A stretch of 64,000 nt of DNA from Tricharina praecox (taxonomy: Eukaryota), in the NCBI RefSeq assembly GCF_024521635.1, contig NW_026250421.1, positions 372,001-436,000 of the forward strand, read 5' to 3'. The notes beneath the pieces were generated by a model, which did not search any database, was not told where the DNA came from, and saw only the letters and a program-made list of their open reading frames with translations. The translations under genes were made by a program, and so were the position numbers. How positions within the stretch are numbered: position 1 is the stretch's first letter; each line of letters begins with the position of its first letter. Below, in pieces: positions 46,217 through 60,300 of the stretch.

Positions 46217-49200
46217 TCACGGCACCGGTTACGCACTTGCGATACGATCATGGACTGCGAGAACGGGGGTGGTTGACGGGGCTTCGACTCTTCGAGGCCG
46301 TGGACGGTACATAGGACTTATATTCTACCGGTAGTACTCACGGTTGGGGGGTTAACTACTGCGGTCTTTCTTTTTCTTTTCTTTTCTATTCTTTTCTTTT
46401 CTTTTCTTGTTATTATTCCTGGGTTTGGTCTGGGGGAGGACTCGTCACTCGCTCCTTACGTTCCTTATCGTTTCTTTTCTATGTATCATGGGCTTTTTCT
46501 TTGCGAGGTGTTTGGGTTTTGGGGGGGTTTGTTTTTTGCTTCCACTAGTCGTTAGCTAAGTGTCTAATTCCTTTCCTTTCCTTTCCTTACGATGTATGTA
46601 CCCAGGTGTATTTCTGGTGGCGTGAGCTTCGCTATGTACCGACCGGCGGCGAGGCGGGGGTGGTGGAGGGGGAGGGCTGGTAAGATTCTGGAAAGAATAA
46701 TGTACGTAAGAAACGGGCACATTACTCTAGTTTCGTCGATCTCCCACTCTATCTAAAGCATGTACCGGTATCCATGCTTACTGTGGAGTCTGCACTCAGC
46801 ACTCTACTTCACCGGTACCTACATGCGTGATTAAATCGCTTGATATGTAGACTACATACCATCTCCGGGTTCACGAATCCTACCCTACGCTACTAGTTAG
46901 TAAGTATTTAGTAGGTACTCTACTTTATTCAAACCGTATCCCGACGACGCCCGCCCTGTTTCCTGTAACCCGTTTCGTGTTTCCCAGGCCCGCCCGCCGT
47001 TGAGCTCTTGGGACCATGGTCCGTCACCGCTTCGATCGAGTCCACGTCCACGTCGGCGAATTCTCGCACACATGCAAATTGCGGGGGGGGGGGGGGGGGG
47101 GTGAGCAGTTAGCACTGAGTCATGCCCCTCGTGCGGACCAGGGGACCAGGGATTTCTGGGGTACTAACTAATGACTGCGCATTCGGCTCGGCGTAAGGCT
47201 GATAGGTGAAATCGATCAGCGGTAGCAAGGGTGCGTTAGTCAGTGGTTGGTAGGTAGGGATGCTTGGCATGGCATCCGCCGACGACGCGGGCTTGGAGGG
47301 GGAAGGAGGGGGGAGGGGATGGGGCATGGCAGCTTAGAATGATGGCCGATAACACGAGGTCCGGCGGGGGAATACTGTACTCTCGGTATCTCGTCGTCGA
47401 CTCGTCGGGTGAACTTACCCAAACCAACGACGTCGCCAACGATTCCGTCGACGAAAAACCGGGAGCCCCGTGCTACCCAAGAGACAACTCTATCGTGCAT
47501 ACGAAGGGAAAAAAGAAAGTGAACCATACGAGCGCGGGGATATACATATGTGAGTACATACATACATACCTACACACGCACCCACAGGCTCGAGCGAGCG
47601 AGCGAGCTGCATCGATTTCGAATACGTGGCACCAATAGAAGGAACGCATAAGTCGCGCGGCGTCATCTCCTATCGATCACGGGGGTTCAACATCGATAGC
47701 ATCAGAAGGGAGTTTCTGATGGTGTAGTGGCCCTGATGTTTTCGTGGGTGAATATCGACAAGAATCGATGTGTTGTGGGTGTCTGTCTGTCTGTCTGTGT
47801 GGAGTGAAAATCACGACAGGCATGCACAACATGTTGGTTCCTAGAGCAGAGCAGATTAGAGTAGAGAAGGGCAAAGTAGAGAAGAGCAGAGCGGACTAAC
47901 CATCGATATCAGCCTGTACCAACCAGCTGTTCGTGATGCCGAATGGCCTTTCCCCTCTGTCCATTGGCAATCGGTGGCTCAGCCGCTGTCCCGGCCAATA
48001 GAACGGCAGCTGAGCTACAAACGGCAGCTGAGCTACGGATTGCAGCGGAGAGGGAGTGGATGGACTTTCGACGCCGCGAGTACTGCATATAGCCCCCGTG
48101 GGCGTGTGGGCACCAATACAAAGGATTTCCGAATCATCGCATCCCCGCTCCGTTTGCAGAATTCATGTCAGGAAAACATCCCAAATTCAATGCGGAAACA
48201 AAACTCGAAACAGCGATCCCGTCGTTAAAATCCCCCCTCCCCATCGGTTGCATCCAGGTGGGAAGAGGCTGGTGTGCGCACGCCAAGCAGCACCGAACGC
48301 ACGTATCGCATCATGCCGATTTTGGTGCCGAAGGTGTGATGCGTGATGTCTGCGTATACAAGTTATCATTCGGCTCAACCGATGCAGGTGGGATTACATA
48401 AGGGAGGCGTGGTAACGTACCGAGAGAATCGTTGGTTATAGAGATGCATACGATGGACAGGCGTCCATTGCAGTACTGTGACAACCGATCGAGAGCGATA
48501 CCGGCGCTCTTTAAGGTACCTGTACATATGTGAGTATGGATGTACGTATGCACCTGCATGGAGTCTGAATGACACCGATCTGGACGGGAGGGCTGAAAGT
48601 CGCAGCTGCAGTCGAGAGCTCGGGAACGTTGCCATCCCACTCTGTATGTACTCTACATACCTTTCCATCAGCAGTGAGCTTCCAGACGATCCAATCCGAT
48701 CCCATCACCTTATGTACTTGGCTCCTTCCGTCGGTCGGCCATTCTCAGATCCTCAATGGCCCCCTGAGGCTCTGACCGCTTGCTCGGTGACACAGTTCTC
48801 CAGTACAAAGGAGCTCAAAGGGGGATTCTGATTGAGTGCACTGGCGACCAATCTGTACTGACTAGGATTGCAGCACGCCCCCCGCCCGCTATGGAGGTGC
48901 GGGCTTGAAGGAGTGGCGGCGGCCGCCGAACGTTCGTTGCGACGTATCCGAAATACATATCATAAGTAGCACCCATGGAGCTGGGATGGCAAAGAAAAGA
49001 AAAGAAAGATGGTGCATAATCTCCCCCTTCTCCTTCTGTTCATCGAGGAGCAGACGTTCACGGAGAATGGGAAAGGGGACATGTCGAAACTGCAAAGGGA
49101 AAATGCGATCGGTGTGCATTCTCCAACCCAGTTTGATTTGAAATACGACCGCTGTTGATTGCTGTTTAGGCGTCCCGATACGAGTCAACCCTCATGAGCA

Positions 49201-50018
49201 TTCAGCTTGCAGCATGTATGGATGACAAACGCCCGCCTAGGCGAACCAACGACTCCTCACCAGTCTCCAGAGGAGCTGTTGTCTTTTGTCTGCGGGGGTT
49301 TCAAGGGGGTCTGGAGAATTCCTTTTCCACAGAGATATTTGCACGGATGTGTTGAGACGACAGTGGCAGTTACCGGTGGCCAACCAACATCGACAGCGTT
49401 GCGACAGAAGACACGATGGTCGGAAAGCTGAGGAATCCGTGAAACGGTGACCCCGCTACGTACCTATAGGTAGTAGTGCCTCGAGGATTCGAAAACTCGA
49501 TCGGCTGTCTCACTTGGCTGGATGTTGGTAGCCTCATTCAGGATACTCGCATGCGACGCCGGCGGAATACCTCTCTATTAAACACTGCGGGCCCTTGGTC
49601 TCGAAGTGGAGAACCGGCGAGAGCGTTGGAACGGTGTCTCGGACGATCCAGGGGATACGTTTTCGCCGGCCGGCAGCTAACTATAGTAAGGGTGTGTGTT
49701 TCTTCGCGGATGCGTAGGTACGTACTAGACATGGATCACCCACTTCCCGTGTCTTTCTCTCTCCCGCAACCGGGTCTATTTAGTTCCCGGGTCACCTGCC
49801 ATGCTGGATGTATGTACATACCCGGTAACATGCTTGACGGCAGAGCTTGGCAGTGGTTCCGACGGGTGAACCGATGCTGATCAGAGCGTGGTTATCGCTC
49901 GATATTCGACGTTGGCTCGTATGTACGCCTAGATCGCGGCCGTGCATGCTGACTTTCCGGCTCTTGGTTCCGGCGGGGCGCTTGATGGCTCTGTCCGTTC
50001 GTCCGAAGCCATGGACGG

Positions 50019-50147
50019 ACTGGTACCAGCGTGTTCATCCGTCCAGTGGCGGGGACAGTACTGGTATCAGCATTTTCGTCCGTCCAGTGGCGTGGACAGG
50101 ACTGGTACCAGCAAGTTAATTCGTCCAGTGGCGTGGGCACGACTGGT
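50019..50147. repeat. 41-bp tandem repeat x3 (ACTGGTACCAGC...CGTCCAGTGGCG..)
   Basis: Units start at 50019, 50060 and 50101. Confidence 0.85.
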
Positions 50148-50263
50148 CTGTCCTGCGGAGGGCTTGGGCCGTCGGGCGGACTGCAGTCGACTGCATGGAC
50201 TAGTACCTGTGGGAAGGGGATCGGAGACAAGGCGGCGAGAATTGAAGGGCACGGCGACGAGTC

Positions 50264-50437
50264 GAGAGGAGACCACACACAGAAGAAAGAGGAGGTGGAG
50301 GTTGATGGACTATTCTGTAAAGGATGATCAAGAAAGAAGAAGAAGAAGACGACCAAGCCATGCCCGCCAACGTTGAAGCCCACTACTAACCGCATTCGCT
50401 TCCTCCCGCCGGCAGCTCGTTCATCGCTCCGCCACAC
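50264..50437 (+). repeat. Copy of dispersed splice-acceptor-bearing repeat family
   Basis: Inverted match to 52191-52439. CTAAC at 50386 and CAG at 50413-50415. Confidence 0.7.
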
Positions 50438-52190
50438 GCGGACTCTAGAGCGCCGCTTGCAAAGCTCCACTCTACTAGTAATCATCTCCACAGCGGGGCA
50501 GCGAGCATTTGTTCCATCTCCTGATCAATACCATCCCTCGCTGCATTCCACCAAACTAATTAGCCCCATCGCAGCGGTGTGTTACTGACGGCGGCACTGC
50601 GGCATCTTCAAGGGCTGGAGACATCTAGCCCTGGCCGCCGTCCGGACTGAACCCACACCGAGCACTGTGTTTAGCTGTATCTCCGTACGTGCAGCTGGGC
50701 TATCGCGGGCGGGCGCGGGCGGATTTGGTGTGCCCCCTCCTCCCCGCCCCAATTTTGTGCCCCACTGTTCGCTGCTCAGAATGTGATTGGAAAAATTGCG
50801 TGCGAATGTCTCAAAAATGCACCTCCGGTTACAAGACACAGCCGACCAGGTAATCATCAGAATGTCTCGATATGTATCACCAACCACCAGGTGTGGGGCC
50901 GGGCCGGCGGTCATGCAAGCCTCTCATTGAAGCTATGTACCCGTCGCATCATCGAGCTGACGTGCCGCCTTCATTTTCATTGACGTGCAGCTGAATAGTA
51001 AAGGGCCGTAATCCTGTTTCTTTATTTTTTTATTTCATTTTTTTTGGCCATGGGCACTCGTATTCGTGATTCATCGGGTTCCATTCGGGGGGCGTGGATA
51101 AGGTCACGAGTGACTGGTGATGATGCGATCCTGTTGGTCGGATCACTTACCAGTCGGAAGCCGGCCAGCCAGAGGCTGCGATAGTTAGCGCCCATTTTTT
51201 TTTCTCTTTCGCATGTCCTGCCCTTGAAGATAAAAGGTGACTCCCCACTCCCCCCTCCCCCTTCTGCCGAAAAGATCGCCCTTTCAGCCTCACCTGGTAC
51301 TCCATGGGCGGGGTGCCCTGATCCAGATATCGGATAAATCTCAGAGGGTTAATTGGTTAGTTAGGCAGTCATAGTACGAGCTCGTTATAGTACGCACCTT
51401 CGGAAAATGAGCTTAAGCGGCGGGGGATGATTCGAGGAACTGTTTGTTGGGTCGATTCTTATCTTCCAACTTTCGCCACACTAGTGTAGTTAGTTAAGAA
51501 GTTATAGTACTATAGTAGACACTTCATCAGCCGATGATCATGGCTTTAATCGTCGGGGCGAGAACCCCACGCAGCCACCAATCAGAGCGAAAACTCGGCA
51601 GGCAGGCAAGCTCACATTTTGTTGGGGCGGTGGTACATAAACATGCATGGTAGTAGGTACAGTACATACCAGTATGATCATCCTCCCTGGTGGTTGCTGG
51701 AACAGTTTTAATCTCTGATCCGAACTCATCACACCTCACATCTCCCCCCGGAGGGCTTTCCTAGGTGGAGATATCCTATGCGTAAATCCTATATGCGTAC
51801 CGTATGTGCCCACAAAATGGTCACTTTTTGGGCTCAACCGTGGAAGCGATAACCTGGGGCCCCCGGGAATCCCTGAGGTTCAGGAATCGGGACTGGCTGC
51901 GGTCAGCAGCATTCATGCGTTCCCCACAGCTCACCGCAGCCGAATAATCTGCTGCGAGTGCGAGTACATACATACATACCTAGTTCGTTGCGGATGGAAA
52001 TGTAGGGCTGTTGTGGGTTAGGTATCGGTATCGGACGCCGGTAGCCCGGCGGAAGTGAAATGCTTCGCACAGTGGGCTAGAAGATGCCAATAGCCTATAT
52101 AGACCAATTCGCGGTCTTTCGTGGATGTTCCGAGTGCTGGTATGTATGTGCATACTATGGGGAGGCGAGTACCTAAGAAAGTTCGAAGTG

Positions 52191-52439
52191 GTGTGGCGGA
52201 ACGAGAGGAGGAGCTCTCGGTGAGAGAGGAAGTGAAGGGGGACTCCTGTCGGCGGGAGGAACCGAATGTGGTTAGTAGTGGGCATGAACGTTGGCAGGAA
52301 TCACCGTTGGCGGCCATGGCGGGATCGACCGAGTGGGCCCGGCGGGGTCGTCTACTTCTTCTTCTTCTTTCTTGATCATCCTTTCCAGAATAGACAATCA
52401 ACCTCTATCTCCTCTTTCTTCTGTGTGTGCTCTCCTCTC
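52191..52439 (-). repeat. Copy of dispersed splice-acceptor-bearing repeat family (inverted)
   Basis: The reverse complement contains CACACACAGAAGAAAGAGGAG, GATGATCAAGAAAGAAGAAG and CACTACTAACCACATTCGGTTCCTCCCGCCGACAG. Confidence 0.7.
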
Positions 52440-55400
52440 AATCCCACCTCCGGCCTGGAGGGGTGTTGGCACGAGAGCCGTCGACAGAACACCTCCTCCT
52501 CCGGAAGGACCCTGCAGATCTGCGCACTTTTGAGTGAAATATCTCAAGTCCCTGGGTTCATCACGGTGCCGGCATACCTAGTTCTGCTTGGGCGGTTTGT
52601 TGCGGGTATGTACCCTCGCTAGATAGCCCCAAAATAAAAGCAGCCCGGAACCAGCAAGTTGTTTTAGCCCGTGCTGACTCCTGAGCAGTGAGATGAACTG
52701 ATATCATATACTGGAGCTCTTGGGACCTTCCGTTAGCAACGGGGGAAGGTGGGGGGCTGCAATGATATGCACCAGTGGAACTATACGTTTCGGAGGTCTC
52801 CCCTCTTTTCGCCGCCTAGAGTACGTATGTGCTTGGTGTTCGCCGTTCACCGTTCACCGTTCAGTCACCTCCGGCCTTGCTATTTCCCACCACCAGCATC
52901 CTATGGCACGAGAAAGCTGCAAATGGTCTCAGTCATGGATTCGGAAGACGGCCAACATATGTACCATCATCCGGTGTGCACCATATACACGCTGCGGAAT
53001 AACTAGCCTTAGTCAAATCCCTATGCGTGCAGTGTGCATGCAAGATATGGGTTGGAACCCTCGCAGAAACACCAAGCAATATCTGCTGGTGAATGATCCG
53101 GCCGGCCGGCTTGCGACCAGTACTGTACAGAGGCAGCACCGTTAGCTGCCGTCCAGCGTGACACTGCAAGGTGGAGGTGGAGATGGTGTCGTACCATCCG
53201 GGTCACGCAACACACTCCTCCTACATACATACAACGTTGGTTAATAGTACAGACATTCCCGCTAAGCACTCAGCACTCAGTGCTGCAGTGTCAAAAAGCT
53301 CCTACTTGCCTACCTAGACCACATACACTGCGATCTGCTCGTGCATGCTGATGGAGTATGTAGTCAGCAAAGGTGAGGCTAACCCCCACCAACGCTTAAT
53401 GCCTGTGGGGCTTCCTCGTATATTAATGGGTGCAGAAAATCATGTCAACGTTGTCATTCGTTACGCCGCCGCCCCAGACACCTCAGTGCGGTTTGAATAC
53501 GACGATGGATCATGAGGAATCCACTGAGACATTTCCTAGCTGGCTGGAGTCGTCGCTTGCCTCGTGGCACGGCTACTATGTGCTCACGGCGCCCTAACTA
53601 CTTGGTCGGGACAAACACTCTGCGGGTCCTTCGAGCCTGCCGCTAGTTTGTCGGAGCAAATGCGAGTGTTTCTCACCGATCTCTGGACGTGGAGACGGAC
53701 GAGGAGGATCTTATTTCCGGCCACCTCTGAGGATATGTACGGTATGCAGCCATCGTTGATGTTCATATGTATGTACTAGCTCTGGGCTCTTCAGCATCGA
53801 CTCCACATCTCCCAGGAATTGTAACATGGGTACCGGTAGCAGAGCTCCCTGGGACATCGGTGGGATTGGCTGGCTGCGGCCACGCGTCTGGGTAAGGGAT
53901 CCCTCTCGCATATCAGTATGTACATATAATCGATACCCGGTGTGTAGCCTGCCTCTGAGTCGGATGGGTGGGCAGCACTGGCCAGCACCTCGAAGCTTCA
54001 CTGACCTCTGAGGCTGCAAGGCTTACCTAGCATGGAATCTCCCGAGCGGGATCGGTGGCGGCGATCCGGGCAGGGCTTGGGGAGATGGGTGAAATTGGCG
54101 ACCCTTTTTCTCGTGGGGAGTATGTACATCCCTAAGTACATGGAACGACTGGATTCCCAGGCACTGGTTTCCGGGAGATAAGATTCAATAATATCTATGT
54201 AAGTACGTTTGAGATCGATCTGCTCTGGAGGTCCGGGTATCTTTCAGTCAGGTCCCTCTGCTGGATGCAATTCGCCCCCCCATTCATCCTCCCTGATCGG
54301 ATCAGATATAGCAGCGAATCTGTGCTCTTCGACGGGACTGGCACCACTCACAACCGCTTCAATCTCGCCGTCCAGTCACACCAGCGTATTGCCTGCCGCC
54401 AATCCTAGCTGGACTGGACTAACCAACAAGCCGCCCTTTTTTTTACTTGTTTGCTGGTTCCGCTGCATCGTCCAGGTGTGGATCGAGTGAACCCGCCCCC
54501 ACTCGAGTCACCCCTATCGTTTGGGCTGGATCTCCGGAAGAGCATCTTCGAGGCAGCCATTGGGCGCCAAATATTCTGCATGGTCTATAGGATCCCAACA
54601 GAGAGGTAATCTAGGTACCAGCCTAGCCCCCTTGCCCCCCCTACGTTTTTCGGTTGCAATGCAGCGATCCTTCAAATTGCCAATGGCCAATGGAGCACCA
54701 GAACGGACCGGAGAACCTTCTGTCACAAAGGGGCCTGTGGCGCCCTGGGTTGGCTCCTCTGATTTCGGTAACTCATGTTGCACTGGAGCCTGGGATCGAG
54801 ATCCGCGATGCATGATGACCGCATCTAGGGCTATTGCAAGTATCCACCCCACCTCTTGAATGGTTCCGACTAGTGAGCCCCTCCCCTCCTCCTCCCCCGG
54901 CGTGTCCAGACTCCAGAATGCCATAGTTTCAACATTTTCCGGGCTAGGATATTTCCTCAGGCTCTCAGAGCCCGTATGTATGTCTTCCGAGAAACCCACC
55001 ATACACGCCACGGAAGGCGAGATCGAAGTCGCGACGTTAGGATATGGGTATGTACACAACACGATATGACCCGTCAACAGTAGCAGCAGCAGCAGCAGCT
55101 ATGCAAATATGACAGGTTTTTTTCTTCTTTTTTCCCCACCAGCCAGAATGAACGGTCCAGATGGTATGTTCACTATCCCTTGCCACAATCGACACGGATT
55201 CCAAGACTAATACCCAGCTAGTATGTACTGAGGCCTTTTCTCATCCCGAGACACCCCCCGCCCTCCCCCTCCCATAGCGTCACTGTCTTACACTCCGTTG
55301 CGAGACAAGCTGAATCTTAAGGCGCACTTGCCTACTAGCTACCAGCAGTGTCCCTTTTCTGCGCTTCTCATTGCACTGGCAGACGAGAAATAAACTTTCG

Positions 55401-58400
55401 GTACCTAGCTTCGGCTCCTCCAACCGCTAGGGGCGTTCCACATTCAGTAAAGTTCGGATGCCAGCTTGCTAATATTTTCACCATCGGGTATCGCGAGAAG
55501 AGCGGTGTCTGCGTCTGGGGCGGGGCGAACCCGGTTCGGTGCGAAAAGCGTGGAGGCTAGAAAGCCCACATATGGGCCTGCTAACTATCCCGTGATCGAC
55601 TGCGAAAAGCCTCGGGAATCGGCATGGCTCGCTAGGCGCAACTCAATCGCCTGGATGTGAGACAGTAGACCCGACAGCATCAGCCAATCGAAGTTTCGGT
55701 CGACCGTGGTTGGTGGCGGTGATGCCAGTCGCCATATCATAATCGTGTCGTTCGGATTCGGTTGCCGGTCACGGTTGCTGCCGAACCCTTCACACCATGT
55801 GTAATTGTAGCTATGCGTGGCTGGCTTTTTACATACATGCATACATGATATCGTCAGGGACATTGACTTGCACCCCACCGACGACGACGACCACAGGCAC
55901 CGCTCAGCGGCGAAAGCAAGTTCATACCGCCCATCGAGTCCCCTCTGCCGTGATGTGCTTCTGTGTGGAAGTGAGTGAAGAGGGGGGCGGGGGGCGGGGG
56001 GGGGCTTTGGCCATGGAGAAAGGAAGGAGGAATATGACGTCTCAACTCAATGACCGTTGGGTGATGGTTCCGAGCCAATCGCCCCCTCATACCTGCCATT
56101 TCGAACCTTGTTCACGCATTTCCATTGAAACCCGGACCGGAACCTGAATGTCTTTGCTCTGGAAATTCAAAAAAAAGAGAAGAGTCACGGACGGGGCGGA
56201 CTGCGTATCGGGACCTTGCATAAGATATGCAGGCACTGACTCTGAGTGAGATCCCAGATTCATGGCCCATGACAATATTTTTTGGTAGGACCTTGGCAGA
56301 GTAGAGTGCATTCTGTTTCAAATCACTCTAGGCGTGCCGGTAGCCCATGGATCTGGAGCACGGATCTAATCTCTGGCAATGCGTTTGCTCGAATCTGCCT
56401 GGAAGGTTCTCCATATATGAGCCGCTTCGATTCCGTCATGCCTACACACACCCCCCCGCCCGCCCCCCTACCCCCACCAAGCTCGCCCAACTTCATCCTG
56501 CTACTTTCTACTTCGACATTGACTGCATTCGCTCTCCAATACACCAATCCGAAAGTACGTTGATCATCAAGGGCACGCAGGAACTCGACATTGACTGTAT
56601 ATAGGAACACGCATCAGTTCGAAGCGTTACATATCGGCTCGTACGTCACAGCACCCCCCCTTCAACAAGCACAAGGCGACTACAATTGCAATCATAACCA
56701 CCATCAGACTGCCGGTGAGTTTGAGAGGATGCTCCGCAAAGCGACCTTCGGGATTCCCCCAGAGAAGTGGACCACACTGACCCCGGCAACTAGGCTTTTG
56801 GCATCGCGCATCGAACAATACCGACATTACCAACGCCCCTCCTACAGTCTAGAGCTACTGGACTCGATATTGACGTAGTGCCCTACGTGGGACGGCATCA
56901 TTTCCTGAATTTCCGGCCATACCTGGTACGAAAGAGCGAGAGCGAGCGCGAAAAAAGGTTTGAAGACTTTCCTTCCATTTTCTGGAGCTTTGCGTGGCTT
57001 TCGGTCCGGTTCTTTGTCCGTTTCTCTTTTTTTTTCGTTTGGGTTCCTTCTAGTTGGAGCTGCCGTTCATTCGGCTCCCGGATATCAATCCCCCCCCCTC
57101 CTCCCCTCCAAGTCTGCATTTCCGCAAACGTTGTTCCGACCCGGCTGCCGGGGTTCCATAGATGGAGAAGACTATCGATATCGATATCGATTCATCCGGA
57201 TAGTCATTCACGGAAAGCCGAACCAATGGTATCGCACCCCGGTCGGATCAACCCCCTCGCATTAACGAGCCCTCCATGCAATCGTGGTGGATACAGTTGG
57301 CGGATGTTTGAGTGGCGTCTCCAATCCAATTCGTTCGGTTTTGCTACCGATAAACGAACGAGATACAGGGTTATATGCACCCGATGTTCGGTACTATGCA
57401 CCGACCGAGGGGGCTACACAGTTCCACGTTTCTTGTATATTGCCTGCACTGCTGCACATGGCGGCCCGGTGCAGTTCTCGTCAGGTGGTTCCCACCCCCA
57501 CCACTACCGTTGTTTTTCTTTGCAGGTTCTAATGCATCTCCCCAGTGGCCGGGGGAATGTTCTCGGGAATTCAGCCTCGAAGGCAACGCTGCAGGGTCCT
57601 GTATTACCGATGCGCGCCCCCAATTTATTAAAGGACATGGGTGCCCTCAACGTGCAACGCTCGACACTGGCGATATCACACAGCATGCAACGTCTCTCGT
57701 TTCTTTTTTTTTCTTCCTTTGATGCGAAATACGATGCAGAAGCACATCTCTCACCGTAACCTCGTTTCGGCGTCAACGTCAGCGCCGCCGCCATCGTCCA
57801 CCGGAGTGTCTCACCATATTTTTCCGCACATACGGTCGGACGGCAGAGCCATGAGGGGCGGATTGGTCCTATCCGTTTCCGTACGGGAACATGCGGGAAT
57901 AGGAATGGTCCTCTACGCCCGCAGGACCCTCTCTCTCTAGCTTTATTTGCTCCGGCTTCTTCGTTCCAGTCATTCGTCGTTCACTTTGTTTGCATCTTCC
58001 GGCCTCTCCCCTTCAAGATACCTGGCCATTTGCCCCCACTGTTTTTTTTCTTAGTCTTTTTGGAGTGGTGTTCGTGCGCTAGGTGATGGACAAGTAGGGC
58101 ATCGCTAACGGGGGACTACGGAGAATCTAGATTTAAAACTTCCGGACACTACCCAATATCCGATCTTTCCCCAATATATAAAAATAAAACTCGACCGGTG
58201 GGCCGGACAGCGGAAATCCAGATATCGCCTTTTTTCGCTATAGCAAACGGGCAATTTCCCTTGGGACGATACCCGTCGACTACGTCAGACACGAACGAGA
58301 AGGCGCAGAGTCACCCAGCTGGACATCAGATTTATCCGAACACGGACGCCACCGCTGCCAACTTGACGGAATAGATTGATACCAAGGTATCAGTTCTATA

Positions 58401-58464
58401 TACGGATCATCCCACCATCACGTCTACGAGAGTATAAGAAGAGGAAGAAGATCAAGAAGAAGGC

Positions 58465-59236
58465 ATGAGTTCCGATCGGTCGTACGCTTTAGAGGTGGCC
58501 GTCCAACCACCAACCGTGGCGCAGGTAGGCGTCCCGCTCTATCCACCATTGGTCATCAGGATGCACGTTCGTGACGGCGACGGAAATGAGACCTCGGGAG
58601 AAGACGAGCTGGGGGGATTGTTCGCCCACGCTGCGCTCTACAACGAAAGCGGAAACCCGCCATCATTGGCACCGCCAGATATGTTTCTTCTGTCGGGCCG
58701 TCTGTCGCAATCTCTCGATCTCCTCAACGAATCGGGTTCGTCCTCCTCGTCAGGCGATTACTCGCTGAGCCAGCAGCAAGGCAGCTACGCCATTTTCCCT
58801 GACCTCACCATCAATCGTCCCGGGAGATATGTCTTGGGCGTCAGTCTGTTCAAGGTTGACGGTGGAAGAACCATATGGTCTGCATCTGCAGTCGCTAACG
58901 GTGGGGGCGGCGGAGGAACGAACCTGGAAGAGGCTAAAACGGATATGATAGTTGTCCAGGAAGGCGCGGTAGCCACCCACATCGGTAAGTGCTAAAGATT
59001 GCTGTCATGTACAGTACATATGACATGTGCATCTGCCGTCTTCAAGAAGATGAAGATGAAGATGAAGAGGAGATTGGTTTATGAAGAGGAGATTGGTTTA
59101 TGAAGAGGAGATTGGTTTATGGAGAGGAGACCTGACTGACGATTATTGAAAAACAATTTCAGATGACGCGTCACAGAGTATGCTGGACCACATACAGGCC
59201 AGAGGCGCGTTTGTTCCCTTGCCTTCCCATCGTTAA
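58465..59236 (+). CDS. Short velvet-domain-like protein, 197 aa, 2 exons (58465-58984, 59163-59236)
   Basis: YALEVAVQPP...PLYPPLVIRM...LSGRLSQS...SYAIFPDLTINRPGRYVLGVSLFKV follows the velvet (Rel-homology-like) pattern Y.L.v.QqP...P.dPPp...L.G....S...F.F.DLsvr..G.yrL.f.L. The intron is GTAAGT...CTGAC...CAG. Exon 2 adds a helix ending QARGAFVP. Confidence 0.8.
59062..59130. repeat. Intronic 19-bp minisatellite (ATGAAGAGGAGATTGGTTT)x3.5
   Basis: Directly visible inside the velvet-like gene intron. Confidence 0.9.
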
Positions 59237-59973
59237 ACGCACGATATGGCGATGAACGGTGGCGCTCTCTAGCCTCTCGACCCCGCGCAGGGGAAAAATC
59301 TCACTTTTTCTTTCCGGCCTTCCGATCCTCCGTCTCGTGTTGCGCACATTTATTTGCTTTTGCCTTCATGTGGTTGAGCTTATTTTGTTTTTGTTGTGTT
59401 TCAAGCCGGGCGGAACGGAAAGCAACCTACATCAGGGGGAGAAGGGTTGTCGTTGCTTTTTTCCTTTTCTTTCTTTTTTTTCTTCTTTTTTACTTGGTCC
59501 TGAGTTTTTGCCTCCTTTTCTTTCTTTTCCTTGGACCTTCTAGAATCATAATGCCCGTTAACAAAACAATGTTATTTGCTTTTTTCCCTTCTTTTTTTTG
59601 CTGGTTTTCTTTTCCGTGTCTCATCTTAAATTTTTATCCACGCACTCTACTCAATTCTGCACAATTCTATACATGTAAAGTAATTAGTTGGACCCTATAG
59701 TTAGTTAGTAACGTCTCTGTCCAGCGTCACGTCCAGTTCGTTGCGTTCATCCGGCCGTTCGTCCTGCCGCCGAGATGCCTACCGGTACCGTACTCTACCT
59801 ACTGGGTATCTGTAGGGAACGGGAAGTACAAACCGGTAGATACTCGACGAGGGCTAGATGCCGGCCCTACTTCCTAAGTAAATCTCCAACACCGGAATCC
59901 GGGGAGACGTACCCAAGTACCTACCCAAGTACATACCCAAGTATTTACTTGGATATAGTTACACTGTAACTAA

Positions 59974-60300
59974 GGGCCTGTTCGGTTGCCAGCTGGATTT
60001 TGAATCTACCACACAAAATTTAAATGCGGTTTGAAACCCTCAGTTTCTGAGCGACGGGTGAGCGTTCGGCCCACCACCTCAAGTTGACAATTTGAGAAAC
60101 TGCATATCTGTTGTCGACTGAGCCACAATACTGATAAAAAGGTGTGGCGTGCTGTTGACTACCCGGGTTGCCGAACGGGTCGTCGGCGGGGGGGAGATGA
60201 GAGTTTGCAGCTGCAGCTTTGGTAGGCAACCTTCAACTTTCAACTCGTTACTCGTCAGAAACCCATGGTTGGAAAATGCAGCTGGCAACCGAGCTGGCCC
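59974..60300. mobile_element. 327-bp PIF/Harbinger (Tourist-like) MITE
   Basis: TAA|GGGCCTGTTCGGTTGCCAGCTGGATTTT ... AAAATGCAGCTGGCAACCGAGCTGGCCC|CAA gives about 28-bp TIRs with 3 mismatches, a Tourist-type terminus and TAA/CAA flanks (TSD with one transition). Confidence 0.75.

Noticed and set aside
54200..55077. 187-aa minus-strand ORF and adjacent protein-like fragments
   Set aside because: Non-ATG start, nearby stops and no identifiable family. It could be a remnant but is unsupported.
56878..57759. 293-aa ORF upstream of the velvet-like gene
   Set aside because: GTG start, composition driven by T-rich tracts, and no recognisable domain.
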